Of a DNA stretch of 63,834 nucleotides, positions 36,167 through 49,195 are shown piece by piece. The DNA is from Ionaspis alba (Eukaryota): the NCBI GenBank assembly GCA_964255285.1, contig CAXUUL010000020.1, forward strand, positions 1 to 63,834. Direction: 5' to 3'. The first letter of the stretch is position 1, and each line of letters begins with the position of its first letter. Position numbers and translations under genes: made by a program. Below the pieces are notes generated by a model, which worked only from the letters and a program-made list of their open reading frames with translations, was not told the DNA's origin and did no database searches.

Positions 36167-39158
36167 ATGGATGCCTATCCCCCAGCCTCGGATGAGCACT
36201 CATTCAATGTGCCTCAGATCATGAATCCACCACCTCAAATCTTTGGGGGGTACAATACTTCTCCGATCGATACAACGTTTCCTGCGAACTACTTTGGGGA
36301 TGACCAAGGTGGGAGCGTAGATGAGAGCAATGAGGCTAAGAGGAGGAGGATCGCAAGGGTATAACGCACCAGTCTTTGCGACTCGCTGCTCCCAAGCTGA
36401 TGAGCATGTATCAGGCGTGCGATATGTGTCGCAAGAAGAAAATTAAGTGTGATGGAAAGATGCCAGCATGCTCGCACTGCATCAACTACAAAACCGAGTG
36501 TATATTTACGCAGGTGGAAAAGAAACGAAATCCACCCAAAGGGTTGGCGGTTCAGTCCTTGGTAGACAGAACTGTTTGCTAATTGAAGTTCTAGAGCCAA
36601 ATATATCGAAGGCCTGGAGAATCGGCTTGGTCGTATGGAGTCTTTGCTGAAGCTATCCGGTCTATTAAGTGAAGAGGATGGCGACCGAACAGATCTAGGA
36701 ACTCTGGAGAAGAGGCTGGCGGACAAAACAATGAACCAGAGCAACGGAGGCACGCCCGTCAGATCGCCAGGCTTGTCAGAGACGAATGGTCACTCGGCAT
36801 CACAGTCCGACTCGCACCACAACACACCGCAACAAGAACGCAGATCTAGAAGGCAAACCAGCCCGAACGGCACTGCCTCACCGAAAGGTCAGAAGGAGGG
36901 GGAGGCAGAGGTTGAAGCATTATCGGACATGATGTGTTCCTTGGTCACGAATAACTGCGGAGAGACCAGATACATTGGTAGGCACGAAATACATTTGAAG
37001 TTGATACATGATCTGACTTCCCCTTAGGATCCTCTTCCGGATTCTCGATATTCTCACCAAAAGGAATTCAATGGGTGAATGAGAAGACGGGCGACAATTC
37101 ATTCCAAGAAATGATATCTTCCGCAGCCGTTGATGACAACAAATGGGTCTACTGGAAGCCGGAAATCTTCGGCGACATCTTTACTCGTAGGATATTTATG
37201 CCATTACCGCCGCAAAACGAGGCTTTAGGATTGCTCAAAGACTATTTCGAGAACTTTAATTGCATGTTTCCGCTGTTCCACGAGCCAACTTTCATGCACC
37301 TGGTGCATCGACATTACTCTCGGGATCCGTACGAAGGCTCTGGTTGGTGGGCGAGTCTCAATATCGCGTTCGCTATTGCACACAGGTTACGAGTCATGAG
37401 TAATTTAGTACCTCAGGAGGAGGACAACAAAGCCTGGGGCTTCTTGAAAAACGCGATGGGAGTATTGACTGAATTGACCATGCGGAACACCGATTTGCTT
37501 AGTGTTCAGGCACTATTGGGCATGGTAAGTATTTCAATCCAGCGTTTCGTTCTGACTGCTAACACCTGCTAAGGCTCTGTTCTTGATGGGCACTCCAAAT
37601 CCACAACCGTCGTTCTTCCTCGTTGCAGCTGCAGTGAGATTGGCGCATAGTATTGGTCTCCACAAAAGAGGCTCTGGCTTCAATCTCAACCCAGTCGAGG
37701 TCGAGCAGAGAAAAAGAGTGTTTTGGATTGCCTATATGTTGGACAAAGAGTGAGTCCCTATTCCCATTGAAAGCCCCGATAAGGCGCTCATATAAACAGC
37801 ATATGCATCCGATCTGGCCGACCGCCAGCTCAAGATGACGACGATATGAATGTTGAACTTCCAAGCGAAGACCCTGGAGATAACATCGGCAACATTCCGC
37901 TTGCTGATGGCAAAGGCAAGACTAATCTGTTCCGACTAATGTGCACGTTTTCGATCATTGAGAGCAAGGTGTACAACCAACTTTACTCGACGAAGGCCTC
38001 GAAACAATCCGATGGTGAACTACTGAACACGATTGGAGAGCTTGATCGGGAATTGGAAGAATGGAAGGATGGAATACCTATCGACTTCCGACCTGAGCAT
38101 GAAATCAAGGCCTCTCATACACCTCTAATACTTCATGTTGTTGTACTTCATTTCTCCTACTATAACTGTCTGACGACTATTCATCGAATGTCTGTTCACC
38201 ACGGCTACTGGACTAGTCGGTTGTCAAACTACGCCATTCAAGGCCTCAACGCTCGTCCTCTAAATCCCCGAGTCTTCTCGTCAGCAGCGTTGTGTGTGCA
38301 AGCTGCAAGGGCATCCATACATTTGATAAGATATGTTCCGCAAGGCGATTACGCATGTGTCTGGTGAGTCCATTCATATCTTGACTATATTGGCAAATTA
38401 TTGATGGCCTTAGGATGATTCTGTACTTCCCAGTCTCAGCCCTAGTAACGCTCTTCGCCAACATACTTCAAAATCCGCAAGATGCTCGAACGCGCTCTGA
38501 CATTCGACTGATGAACCAAGTCGTGAGCTTTTTGTCTTCAATCGGCATGGATGAAGAAACAGGGGGCGTCAAGCGCATGCTCGGAGTGTGTACTGAGTTC
38601 GAAAGAATAGCTAAGATTGTTCTGGACAAGGCCGATAAGGAGTCGCACTCGAGAAGGAAAAGAAAGAGCAACAAGGACAACGAGGAGCCGGTCCAACAAC
38701 CAACACCAGGAAAGCGCACCTTACCTCCCACTCCAGAGCCTGCAGCGGCTCCTACACCCCGCAACGTCTTCACTCCAGCTTACAACAGCGAGCTTTTGAA
38801 CCAACCCTTCAGTCCTCCTGTCAATGGTTATCCTTCGCCTAACTCTACAGGCGAAGTTCCCCTGATGCCAGATTACATGCCTGGCCCGGGAGATTTCCCA
38901 AATATGATGACCGACTTCTCGGATATGCACCAATTCGGAAACGGTGCCCTAGGATCTCCGTTGAACATAGGCTCTTTCCAGCAACCATTCGTTCCTCAAG
39001 ATTTGTGGCAAATGCCTATGAACCTTGAATGGGATTGGGCAGAAATGCAAGCGGCAGGGAACATGCCACCAGGGCAGATGCCACCTGGACATATGCCTCC
39101 TGGTGATGGAGTGCCACATGGACAGTTTCCACCAGGACCCCAGTCACAGCCGCAATAG
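36167..39158 (+). CDS. atrR: Zn(II)2Cys6 transcription factor, AtrR orthologue (ABC-transporter/sterol gene regulator)
   Basis: [69 protein letters not shown]...[12 protein letters not shown] closely matches the Aspergillus AtrR N-terminus as I recall it. Fungal_trans domain ([18 protein letters not shown]) and [19 protein letters not shown] tail present. Confidence 0.85.
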
Positions 39159-40487
39159 TGGTCATATTCTATTTACTGCTTGTTAATGCTTTAGCTCTCC
39201 TCCATTTCTATCTGTCTACTTTCCCCTCGCCATTCAATCATGGTGCTTCCTGGCGTATGTACTAGAATTTTGCTTTTCTCTGGGACTGGTGGCAGGCGTC
39301 TGGTGAGGGGCTGACAAAACAAATGTATAGGAAAGCGTTGAAGGTGGGATAGCATGTTCAATGTTTCAGGCGATAATGACGGGGTGCTGTACTCTAAGAT
39401 AACCTATTATGTCACATGTCTATTTTGTTGCTCAATTTCAACAACCAGTCCAGGTTCACAAACTTACCTCACACAGCTATCTGGCCGCCCAGGGCTTGTC
39501 AAGCTCAGCTAGCCTCGGCAACCTAAAGACTTCTACGCAAAAAGCAAGCATGCTGGAAGTGTTGGTCATGAGCTTGACGATGGTCAGTTGGTGGGAATTC
39601 GGTGATTACATAAAGGGTGCAACCTAATCCTTACATCTCTACTCGTCGCTCCCTTCATGATCTGACCGGAATCCGTGATGCATCTCAAGATGGAACCTTT
39701 GACGCGGGACGATCTTCCAGCCCTAGTAGAGCTGAGAAGACGGCAAGGAGTTTGGATGAGTGCCGTCGAGAAATCAACAACTTATATACCTGATTGCGAG
39801 GAAAAATAGCGCTAGGACGAGGCTGCAGTCAGACGGTCGCTCGAGAGCGTACGGGTGCTATCTTTGAAGGTGGTCAATACTGACCCGCATTGCGAGCCGC
39901 CTGCCTGCATGCAACTGTCCTTGGCTGGTGCGGAATTTCGGCGTCCGGTGCATGATGCGTCGAAGTCACTGTCCGGATCAATATCCACGGTGTCTGTAGA
40001 TGACCTCTAGGCTGATCTACGCTGCAGAACGAAGGAAGAACTTCAGATACTCCGGTGGGAGGTGCTGGAAGGTAGGCGGCATTATCGTAAGGTCGATCAC
40101 AGAATTTTCGCCAACGTTGATACTAAATCTGGGTAACAGAACTGATTGCCTTGGTCTCAAATCCTGGCAAGATAGGACGAGCTGCTACAGAGATGCTTTT
40201 CAGATGTGCAACACATCGTTCCGATGTAGAGGATATGCGGCTCTATATCACAGTCAACCCCAATGATCCACGCATCGGTCTCTTCGAAAGTCAGGGCTTT
40301 AAATGAAGGGAGAGCGGCAAATCAACCGCAGTGGTCATTGGGGAACTGGCATTCATCGAATCAGAGCCATGCTCAGAAACCCACGGCGGCGCTAGACAAA
40401 CAAGAATGATTTATGTAGGTATCTCAAACCATGCTCTAAAAGAAGCAATCCCAACCATAGAAGACCCAGACCTTGATGCTTGCTCTA

Positions 40488-42707
40488 CTATGACATCTCC
40501 ATACTACCTCCAATACTCCCTGCCGCCGTCGTTGCAAAATACCTCACATCCACGTCATTATCCTGCTGTAGCTTTTCGAGGTTAGGAAGGATATGCTGTT
40601 GGATCAGTTCTTGACCTCGGGGTGAAGGACTGCTGGAATGGCCGGACTTCTCAAGCGAGAGTATTGTTCCATCTGCCGGGAGGCGCTTGAGTACATCAAT
40701 GAGCACCGTGTACGACTTTGCGACGTTGAATCGGATATTTGGGATGTCATCCGCAACCAGTCTGTCCATCATTGGGAGGATTGACTTCTCAATGACTTCA
40801 AGGTTGATTGCAGGAGCCAAGGTCTACCGCGTATTAGAGTACTGTGCCAAATGATTCATGGAGCACTTACAGAAATGGCAAAGCAGGTCGTCATTCGGTA
40901 GAGGTAGTTCGGATGTTGCCCCATTGCCGTTACTTTCGGTATAATCGCCTCGCTTGCCCATGCGACGCCGAAAACCTCGGTGAGCTTCTTCAGATTCTGT
41001 GTTGCAGCTTCTCGTATTGAGAACACTGTGTCGCCAAGCCAACTCATACAGAGAGTGCTCAGCTTCTCATCGAAGAACTTGACGCCGAGCTGACTGGCTA
41101 GAAGGGGGATGTATTCGATGATGGCTAACCGAACGCGCCATTGCTTGTCTTCTGCTAGCTGTACAATTGCTGGAAGAAGAGATTGCGATAGAAGCTCGAT
41201 ACCAATAACTGAATCAATTAGTCGAGCAGTCGAGCGGCTTGTAGACTGGAATGACACATTACCTTTATTGACTAGTTCGAGCTTTGAGATGATATGGAGG
41301 CGAACATCGGGAAACTCGTCTTTCAGCATTTGCAGGAACATCGGAAGCAGATGTGAAATCGTTCTGTTTCGTCTTAGCATCCAATCAAATGGAGATCGAG
41401 AATCTTGCTGACTCGTCTTTTCCCAGAATTGGCGCAAGGCCACTTATCTGAGTGCCGAGGGCAGCGCGGACATGCTGAGACGTGTCTGACACCAAATCTT
41501 CTACACTGGTCATTATCTCGTTAAGAAGTGTCTCTCTATCAAGTAGACCACAGAATCCTTAGAAAATCAGTAATAATGCGCTGAAACCAAGCCGAGAAGG
41601 GAAATACCAGGAATCTGTCCAGCAATCGCAGTCCGTACCTCCGCCTCACTGTCCTTCAGAAGCTTTACAAACGCCGGTACAAGATCTCGTGTAACAGTCT
41701 CCTCGTCCACCGCTTTTGCGATCTAGGTAGTTGCTAGAATTAGTAAGAAGGTCATGACGGTCTCCTAACCCATCTCATACCTTTTCAAACCGATCCGCCA
41801 CCATATATCTGACCCTCCAGCTTTTGTCTTCAAACAAACTCCGTAGTGCCGAAAGTAAGACTCCATGACTCGGTTGCTGTTCCTTCGGGATCACCTCCGC
41901 GATGGCGATCAGAATTTCCACTGTCAATAAGCGAACACTGTCCTGGTCATCGGTGGCGAGATGTTGAAATAAGGGAATCATCTCTTCAATAACGACAGAA
42001 GCTGGCATCTCCTTCACGAACTTCGCCAAATTATTCGCAGCTTGTCTCCTGACCATTGGCGTCTCATCATGTACCAGATGCCCAAATTGCTGCCGAAGCC
42101 CTTCTTGGGATGGTGGTGTTGCTTTGCTGTAGGGCACATTGTAAAGTCCTGTAGCTGAGATCTTTGACGTAAACCAATCTGCCTTTGAAAGACGGACCGT
42201 CAGGGGGATGAAGTAATCCTCGACTTGTGTCTGTGAGAGCTCTCCGCAGATTTTGTTCAGAGATTCGACTGCCTTCTCTCGGACAAGAGGCTCTTCGATG
42301 GCAGCTAAGTTTTCTAAAGGTGATAGAAGCACGTGCCCATACTCAGGACCTCCTACATACTCGACAAAGCTCCCTAGCTCGTCGCTGAGAGCTGTGAGAA
42401 CCTCATCTTCATCTTCCACAGACTCTTCATATCTGTCAGCCTGTGGCTTTCGACTTCCTGAGCTCTAAGACTCGTGGCAGCTTACCGTCCAGAAATGGAA
42501 TTAACTCTTCTCTTGTCCTTTGGGCACCTAGAGCCAGCGCAATAGTGGAAAGGCGATGTATAGCATTCAATCGTAATAGAACATCGTCGTGCTTGCAAAA
42601 GATCAGTGTAGTCCTCATAAGGCAACCTCAACAGCAAACTGTACCTTCAGCTCATCAATCAAGACAGCGATCGGGTACAGCTCATCGTTCTGGTTTTGTC
42701 CCTCCAT
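40488..42707 (-). CDS. TPD3: Protein phosphatase 2A scaffold (A/PR65) subunit, HEAT repeats
   Basis: [82 protein letters not shown] and DVDVRYFA. Eight exons. Confidence 0.97.
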
Positions 42708-43357
42708 GGTCGTCACAGGAACTCGTTTTCGAAATCTTGATGGTCGCGTGAAGGATGCTTGCCCAGGAAACGTCTATTTTTGTTTGTGTATAGGGCCTGT
42801 GGACCGAGCAAGAGTCGGTAGTGGATGTCGGTGTACTTGAGGTTCGTGGCAGATTCAAAGACGTATGCGTTGCGTTAATGTCATCGAATGCTATCTAGAA
42901 GCTGCTTTAGTAACAGGGCTTCGATACCACATTCACTGAGGCGGCTTAGGAGGTCGCAAAGGGTACCGTCGTGGGCCTAAGTGTAGGTTCTTGGTGGGGC
43001 GCGTAGAAGCTCGACATCTATACTTACCAGGAAGCAAACTTTGAACAGATCTGTAGTTCGATAGCTCGTAAGTTTGTGATATCGGATATAGCAGCCAGGT
43101 ACAGGATTCAATTGAAGTCAGGGATGTTGGGCCCGACGGAGGTACAGGGCAGCAATGATGCTATCGCGCTAAATTTTGTGAAGCGAACATCCAGACATGG
43201 GTGCAGCGAGCTTGTGTGCTTATGACAATAATGACTCTGAAGGTCGAAACCGTTTGTGAGATAATCCCGTTAGACCAATACCATGCGACGACTTGCACTG
43301 GATACCACAACCTAAAGGGCTCTGATTCCACTGCAATACAAGCAGAGCAGGTTCAAG

Positions 43358-45643
43358 ATGCCTACAATAGCGGTGGACAAAGCCGCTCTTTTCAAAGCTC
43401 TGGGAAAAGAGTATGCATTTCAATTGACGCTTGAAAACCAGGCCCGTTACTTAAATCTTATGGCTTCACAGGTATACGACTGACGAATTTGATGAACTAT
43501 GCTTCGAGTTTGGTCGGTCAATAAATTCTCTACAATTTTGTCCTTCGTTTGCTAATTTATCTTAGGTATCGAACTCGATGAAGACGTAAGCAACTTAATG
43601 TGCAATCAAAACGATGGTCCCTAAATCAAGAGCAGACTTCCAACACAGAGCGCCCGGTCGTCAATGGCAAGCAAGAACCTGCCCAGCTGAAAATCGAGAT
43701 ACCCGCAAATAGGTTATAAGTTGCAATTGTAAATGGGAAGAGGCTGTGGCTGACGAAGTGGAAGATATGACATGCTGTGCTTCGAGGGCATATCTCTGAT
43801 GCTAAATATATTCAATGGGAAAAGGTCATCACCAAGCTATACTCTTGCGGCACCTCCTAGTGGCCAATTACAAACGATGACTGTACATCCAGATGTAGGA
43901 CTCAGCCCAAAACTAATTTCGACTTAATAAGAGACTGATGGTATGCAAGACCATGAAAGTGAGACCGTATGTCTCTGGGGCAATTCTAAGGAATATCGAA
44001 TTCACCCAAGCGAGATATGAGTCCTTCATATCGTTACAAGACAAGCTGCACCAGAATCTTGCTCGGCAACGGACTTTGGTTGCTATTGGCACACATGACC
44101 TTGATTCGATCCAAGGTCCTTTTACCTATGAGGCATTACCTCCTGAAAAGATTGCGTTTGTACCCCTCAATCAGACGAAGAGAATGAATGGTGCAGAATT
44201 GATGAAGTTCTACGAAGTATGAGCTCTGTAGGCTGAATCCACCTATGTTGTTATGCTGAACCATTCCTTAGAATGATAAGCATCTTGGAAAATACCTCCA
44301 CATCATCAAAGACTCTCCAGTATACCCTGTGATTCTCGACTCGAAGCGGACAGTGTGTTCCATGCCGCCAATCATAAACTCGGAACATTCAAAAATCAGT
44401 CCGAAGACTCGCAATGTCTTCATTGATGTCACAGCGACGGATAGAACTAAGGTGGAGATCGTGACTAATATATTAGTCGCAATGTTCTCGCAGTACACAG
44501 AGCAACCATTCACGTGAGTCAATAGTATCTGCACTTGTGCTAGGTTTCTAATACTTAAGCAGAGTTGAGCCAATCCAGGTCATTTCCAAGCACAACAACG
44601 AGACTCGACAGGTCCCTGATATGACCCCTCGCGAAGCTGAGGCCCAGGTTTCGTATATCAACGGATGTTGCGGGCTCGATCTATCAGCAGGAGAAATCTG
44701 CAAACTCCTGGAGCGCATGTCATACAAAGCCAAGCCATCTAAGAGCTCAGAAGACCTTATAGACTTGAGTATACCACCGACCCGAGCTGACGTACTACAC
44801 CAATGCGATGTCATGGAGGATGTGGCCATTGCCTATGGCTTCAACAATCTTCCTAGATACTTCCCTAGCAAGTCAGGTACGATAGCACAGCCCTTGATGA
44901 TCAATAAACTTAGCGATATTGTGCGTCTTGAGACAGCTATGGCTGGTTGGTCAGAGGTTATGCCCTTGATCCTCTGCTCGCATGATGAGAACTTCGGCTG
45001 GCTAAATCGCAAAGATGACGGTAACACGGCTGTCAAACTTGCCAACCCAAAGACCGCAGAGTATCAGGTTGTGCGGACTTCACTGCTCCCTGGTCTCTTA
45101 AAGACCATTCGTGAGAACAAGCATCATAGCGTACCGATGAAAATCTTCGAGGTCAGCGACGTAGCCTTCAAGGACCTGTCTCGTGAGAGGAAGAGTAGGA
45201 ATGAGAGACACTTTGCTGCAGCATATTACGGCAAGAGTAGTGGCTTTGAGGTGGTGCATGGTCTGATGGATCGCGTTATGTTGATGCTAAAGAGTGCCTT
45301 CATCACAAGCGAAGAGGGTCTCGAGGCTAAAGGCAGCGGCGAAGCTGCATACTGGATCGAAGAGGTTGACGGCAAGTACATTCTACGTGCGGCGACTAAG
45401 TATTTCTGACTGATTAGCGCAGACCCAACTTTCTTTCCCGGCCATGCGGCTGCCATCCACGTCAGGATTGCTGGCAAGGAACAAGTCGTTGGTGTCTTCG
45501 GAATATTGCATCCCACCGTTCTAGAAAACTTCGAGTTGAGGTATGTGACTCCACAGCTCTTCCTGCAAATCACGACGACTGACTGTTAGCACCGTAGATA
45601 CCCAGTCAGTACACTCGAAATGAACATAGAAATCTTCCTCTGA
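43358..45643 (+). CDS. FRS1: Cytoplasmic phenylalanyl-tRNA synthetase beta subunit
   Basis: [99 protein letters not shown] and [21 protein letters not shown]. Ten exons. Confidence 0.96.
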
Positions 45644-45965
45644 GTATGAGCATTTATCTACTCTTTGCACATGCATCATGAGCATGAGTCATTACAGACT
45701 AGGAGAATAGAACTATGCACAACCTTATGGGTATCAGTCGCTTTCGTGTCCAACTCCTGAAAGAAAGGCCGGAATGAAGATTGTTCGTGATTTCTGACAT
45801 TACTGATTGCTCGTAAAGCCATAGTCACCGCCATGTTGAGCCCTGAACAGCCACGCTCATCTAGCATCATGACTCCGTTCATCTCTGCGATCAGAGGGTA
45901 ATGTCATGCCTCCGTATCCGCCCAAACAACCATTGCCACCCTCATCGACCTTCATTCCGTCCACC

Positions 45966-46813
45966 TTAGTTAGCCGTCCGGCCCGGTCCAAAGGTCTTCT
46001 TGAAGAGAGCCCCAAATTCTTCCGAATCCTTGTACAAGTCCCAAATCACCAACACATCACACGGCGGTATGCCCGGGTATCCCACCGATCTGAGGTGTTC
46101 GGAGATATAAATGAAATCCCTACCGAAAGTCCTGTGCATGGTGATCACGGCTCGTATCGTGTTCTCGTCGACCCAAGCACGTGATTGTGGCGTAGGAGCA
46201 CGGGGACACTTNNNNNNNNNNNNNNNNNNNNNNNNNNNNNNNNNNNNNNNNNNNNNNNNNNNNNNNNNNNNNNNNNNNNNNNNNNNNNNNNNNNNNNNNN
46301 NNNNNNNNNNNTCGTGTTCTCGTCGACCCAAGCACGTGATTGTGGCGTAGGAGCACGGGGACACTTTGAAGCAGGATACACTGCTCCTCGGTGGAAGATG
46401 TGCTCAAGACTTCTTGGTTGGATGATGTCAGGGGGAGGTTCGCTGTCGGTGATCGATGGCGGTACATCTGGTGCAGCTCCAGGACTCGCAAACTCACCGA
46501 ATGCCGTGAACGTTCTGATAGATTCGGCAAGCTTCCCGTCGTCGGTGGAAGTCCATGGGATAGCCGCTTGGCGAGGTATCCTTTGCCTTAACAAAGGACC
46601 GCTTGTCTCTGATGGATCTTGGGAGGTCGAAATATGCTGCCAGCAAGGTTGCGCGCGAGTTTTGACTAGTGGTGGGAGTACAACCGGTCGGCCGGATGAG
46701 GACGTGAGCTGCTCTCCTAGCGAAGAGAGGTTTCTCTGATGTGGAGACATTCTTGGTATGGCTTTTGCGTCTCGTCGATAGCTGTCAAGGATGGACTGTA
46801 TAGCCTCTCGCAT
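45966..46813 (-). CDS. Hypothetical protein (~230 aa after collapsing the false gap)
   Basis: ORFs 46145-46813 and 45966-46364 join in frame when the 55-nt duplicate flanking the gap is merged (693 nt). No recognised domain. Confidence 0.6.
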
Positions 46814-47892
46814 ATTGGATAAGGAAGTGGTTTTGTGGACTGTTCTCGAATTGTGTTCATCTGAAGTTTTACGAGTGAGGTCGAAGCATCAGACGTGAGT
46901 AGCTTTGATGAGGGAGAAAAGGATCACGTGTGGGCTTTGAAGATTTTTGAATCCGACTGTGGACGTGGTGATCCAAGGTTGCTCGGCAAAGATACTTTAG
47001 GTGCTGGTTGACAAGAACTCAACTCGGATTGTGGGACTTAATGACCTAGGGTTGCAGCTCAAGTTTGCTTCCCAAAATGATGGTTTGGACTTGTCAGAGT
47101 GATTTCCCAGCGGTACTCACCCCACGTTGTCCACCTGCCAGTGGCCCGCATGGTTCGAGGAAAGCTAGATAGAGGTGTTGAACAAACGTAGCTTTCGGCG
47201 CAAGGCTCAACACACCCATATCCAGTACGGCAGTTGGGAAAGGAGTGGGTTCGTACTTTGAAGCAAGTGCCTTTCATTCCCAGATGATCTAGATCTTACA
47301 TTACATGGTGAAGAGGATGCGAATGCGGCACTCGTCTTCTAACAGAGCCTCACCTTTTGCAGCTTCATATATAGTACCCCGTCATTTCAGTCAAAGTGGA
47401 GACTGCGAGCTTACCGGTGCCGTGCCGACCTTACAGGATTGGCAAGAACGGTCTCCGTACGAAGCTGCCTCTCAATTTGAAGGTCTCGTACTGCAGCTGC
47501 CGTAGAGCAACCCGTTCGCCCTTCTTGGTTCGACATGGGACACAGACGTGAAGACCAGCGATGCAGATCAAGGAGGAATGGATTTATCACCATAGATAGC
47601 AAATGCATTGGATTTGGCTTCGAGAAATCAAGGTAGTCCACCAATAAAAGAAATCGGATGTTGCAAGGTATTCGTTATGAAAAGCCTTTCATGAATCGTT
47701 TAATTCAGTTTCATGGCTTTTTCACATCCGGAGAGTATTGAAAGCGGTTCTGTTCAGTATGTAAAGCCTACATTCGCAGAAAAAGCTGAGCTTCCATTGT
47801 TGGATTATCAGTACAATGAGCACAACGTTTGCTTCATCAATTGATTTCTCCACCGCTCCTCCAGTCCCCTTGAGTGGATCCACTCAATGATT

Positions 47893-48802
47893 CTACTGTT
47901 CTTGCCCTCCATACTCCTCGCCACCTTGTCCCCCTTGTTCATGTTCTTCCGTTTGTCTCTGCTGCTCCGCTGCTGCTTTCGCAGCATCTGCCTTTGGACC
48001 ATAATCCTGGCTCATTGGCTGCACAACCGTCGAGTCATCCTTTGGCTCGATAATTGTGACAGAGTCCGGAAGCGATTTCTGAGGACCCGACTTGCCCTCA
48101 GGGTCTGAGCCCCGCATTATCTTAACCTTGATACCGAGAACACCCTGACGCAGTAGTACGTGTCGAGTGGCAGAATCGATGAAGTCTTTAGCGGGTTGAC
48201 CAGAATGAATCATGAAGCCGTCCTGCGGTAATTGTAAGTATGTTATTAGTCTTACAATGATGTGCATGCTCACGGTAAATTTCATGCTCTTAGCACGAGC
48301 AGCACGAAGCTTTCCCGATACTACGACCTCACATCCTTTGGCTCCACTCTCCATGATGAACCTCAGGACACCATAGCAGGCTCTCCGTACGGCCAGGCCA
48401 TTGAGGAGCTTGTAACGCAAAGACTCGCATTGAGCTACTGCAGAGAGACCACGATTTTGGACCTTGGCGGCGTAGAGGGAGACGGAGTTTTCTGGGAATT
48501 TGAAACGTTTTTGGATGAGCGAGGTCAGTTCACGAATGCGTCGGCCTTGCTCTCCCAAGACTTCTTGTGTGTGGGTTGCGCGGATGACTGGTTTAGACTA
48601 TCAGTAATGCTCCAAGTTGCCTACAGCTCGCAGAATTAAACATACTGATGTCTGTAACGGTTGGAGTAACTCGAACTTCGACACCCGAGTATCCCTCTTC
48701 GGCCAGCTCGCGTTGGAAGAATTCGTTCAATTCGGCGTAAAAAACACCATCAGCGACGAACTTCCTCTTCTTTGAGATAGTCCCATGAGCTGCGGCAGCC
48801 AT
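47893..48802 (-). CDS. RPS3: 40S ribosomal protein S3 (uS3)
   Basis: [80 protein letters not shown]. Confidence 0.98.
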
Positions 48803-49195
48803 GGTTAAAGTTGTGAAAGACGGAAGATCTGACGATCCACCTGAAAGCTGGTCGAATGAGTGTTTGTCGTTGGAAGCGTCGATTTGATGATGGAGACGCT
48901 TGAAGTTCGGTGGGGTCTAGGGTTTGTGTGCGCTAAGGTAAGCGCGAAGCTTGAACGGCCGAGGGCCGCAGGGATGGAGGGGTGTGATGAGGACAGCAAA
49001 CTTTTGTTATCACAGGGACGGGGAATTACTTCTCCACACCGCCAATCAATCAGATGTGCTCTTTTATTCTATCCTGACAAGAAGAACAACTAAACCGAGT
49101 TCTGGCCTAGAAAGAGCATACATATGTACCTATCTTCTCAGTCCTAGGCGCCATTGCCAACAGCTTATATGACTTCAACCTGCTGATGAGCAGTA

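Noticed and set aside
39725..39820. GCTGAGA...TACCTGAT...AGCG resembling a TPP riboswitch
   Set aside because: No P5 stem or GATAAT loop, no proper P2/P3 pairing, and no thiamine gene nearby.
48984..49078. GTGATGA...CTGA in the RPS3/YMR1 promoter as a snoRNA
   Set aside because: No convincing C'/D' boxes or rRNA complementarity; expected by chance.
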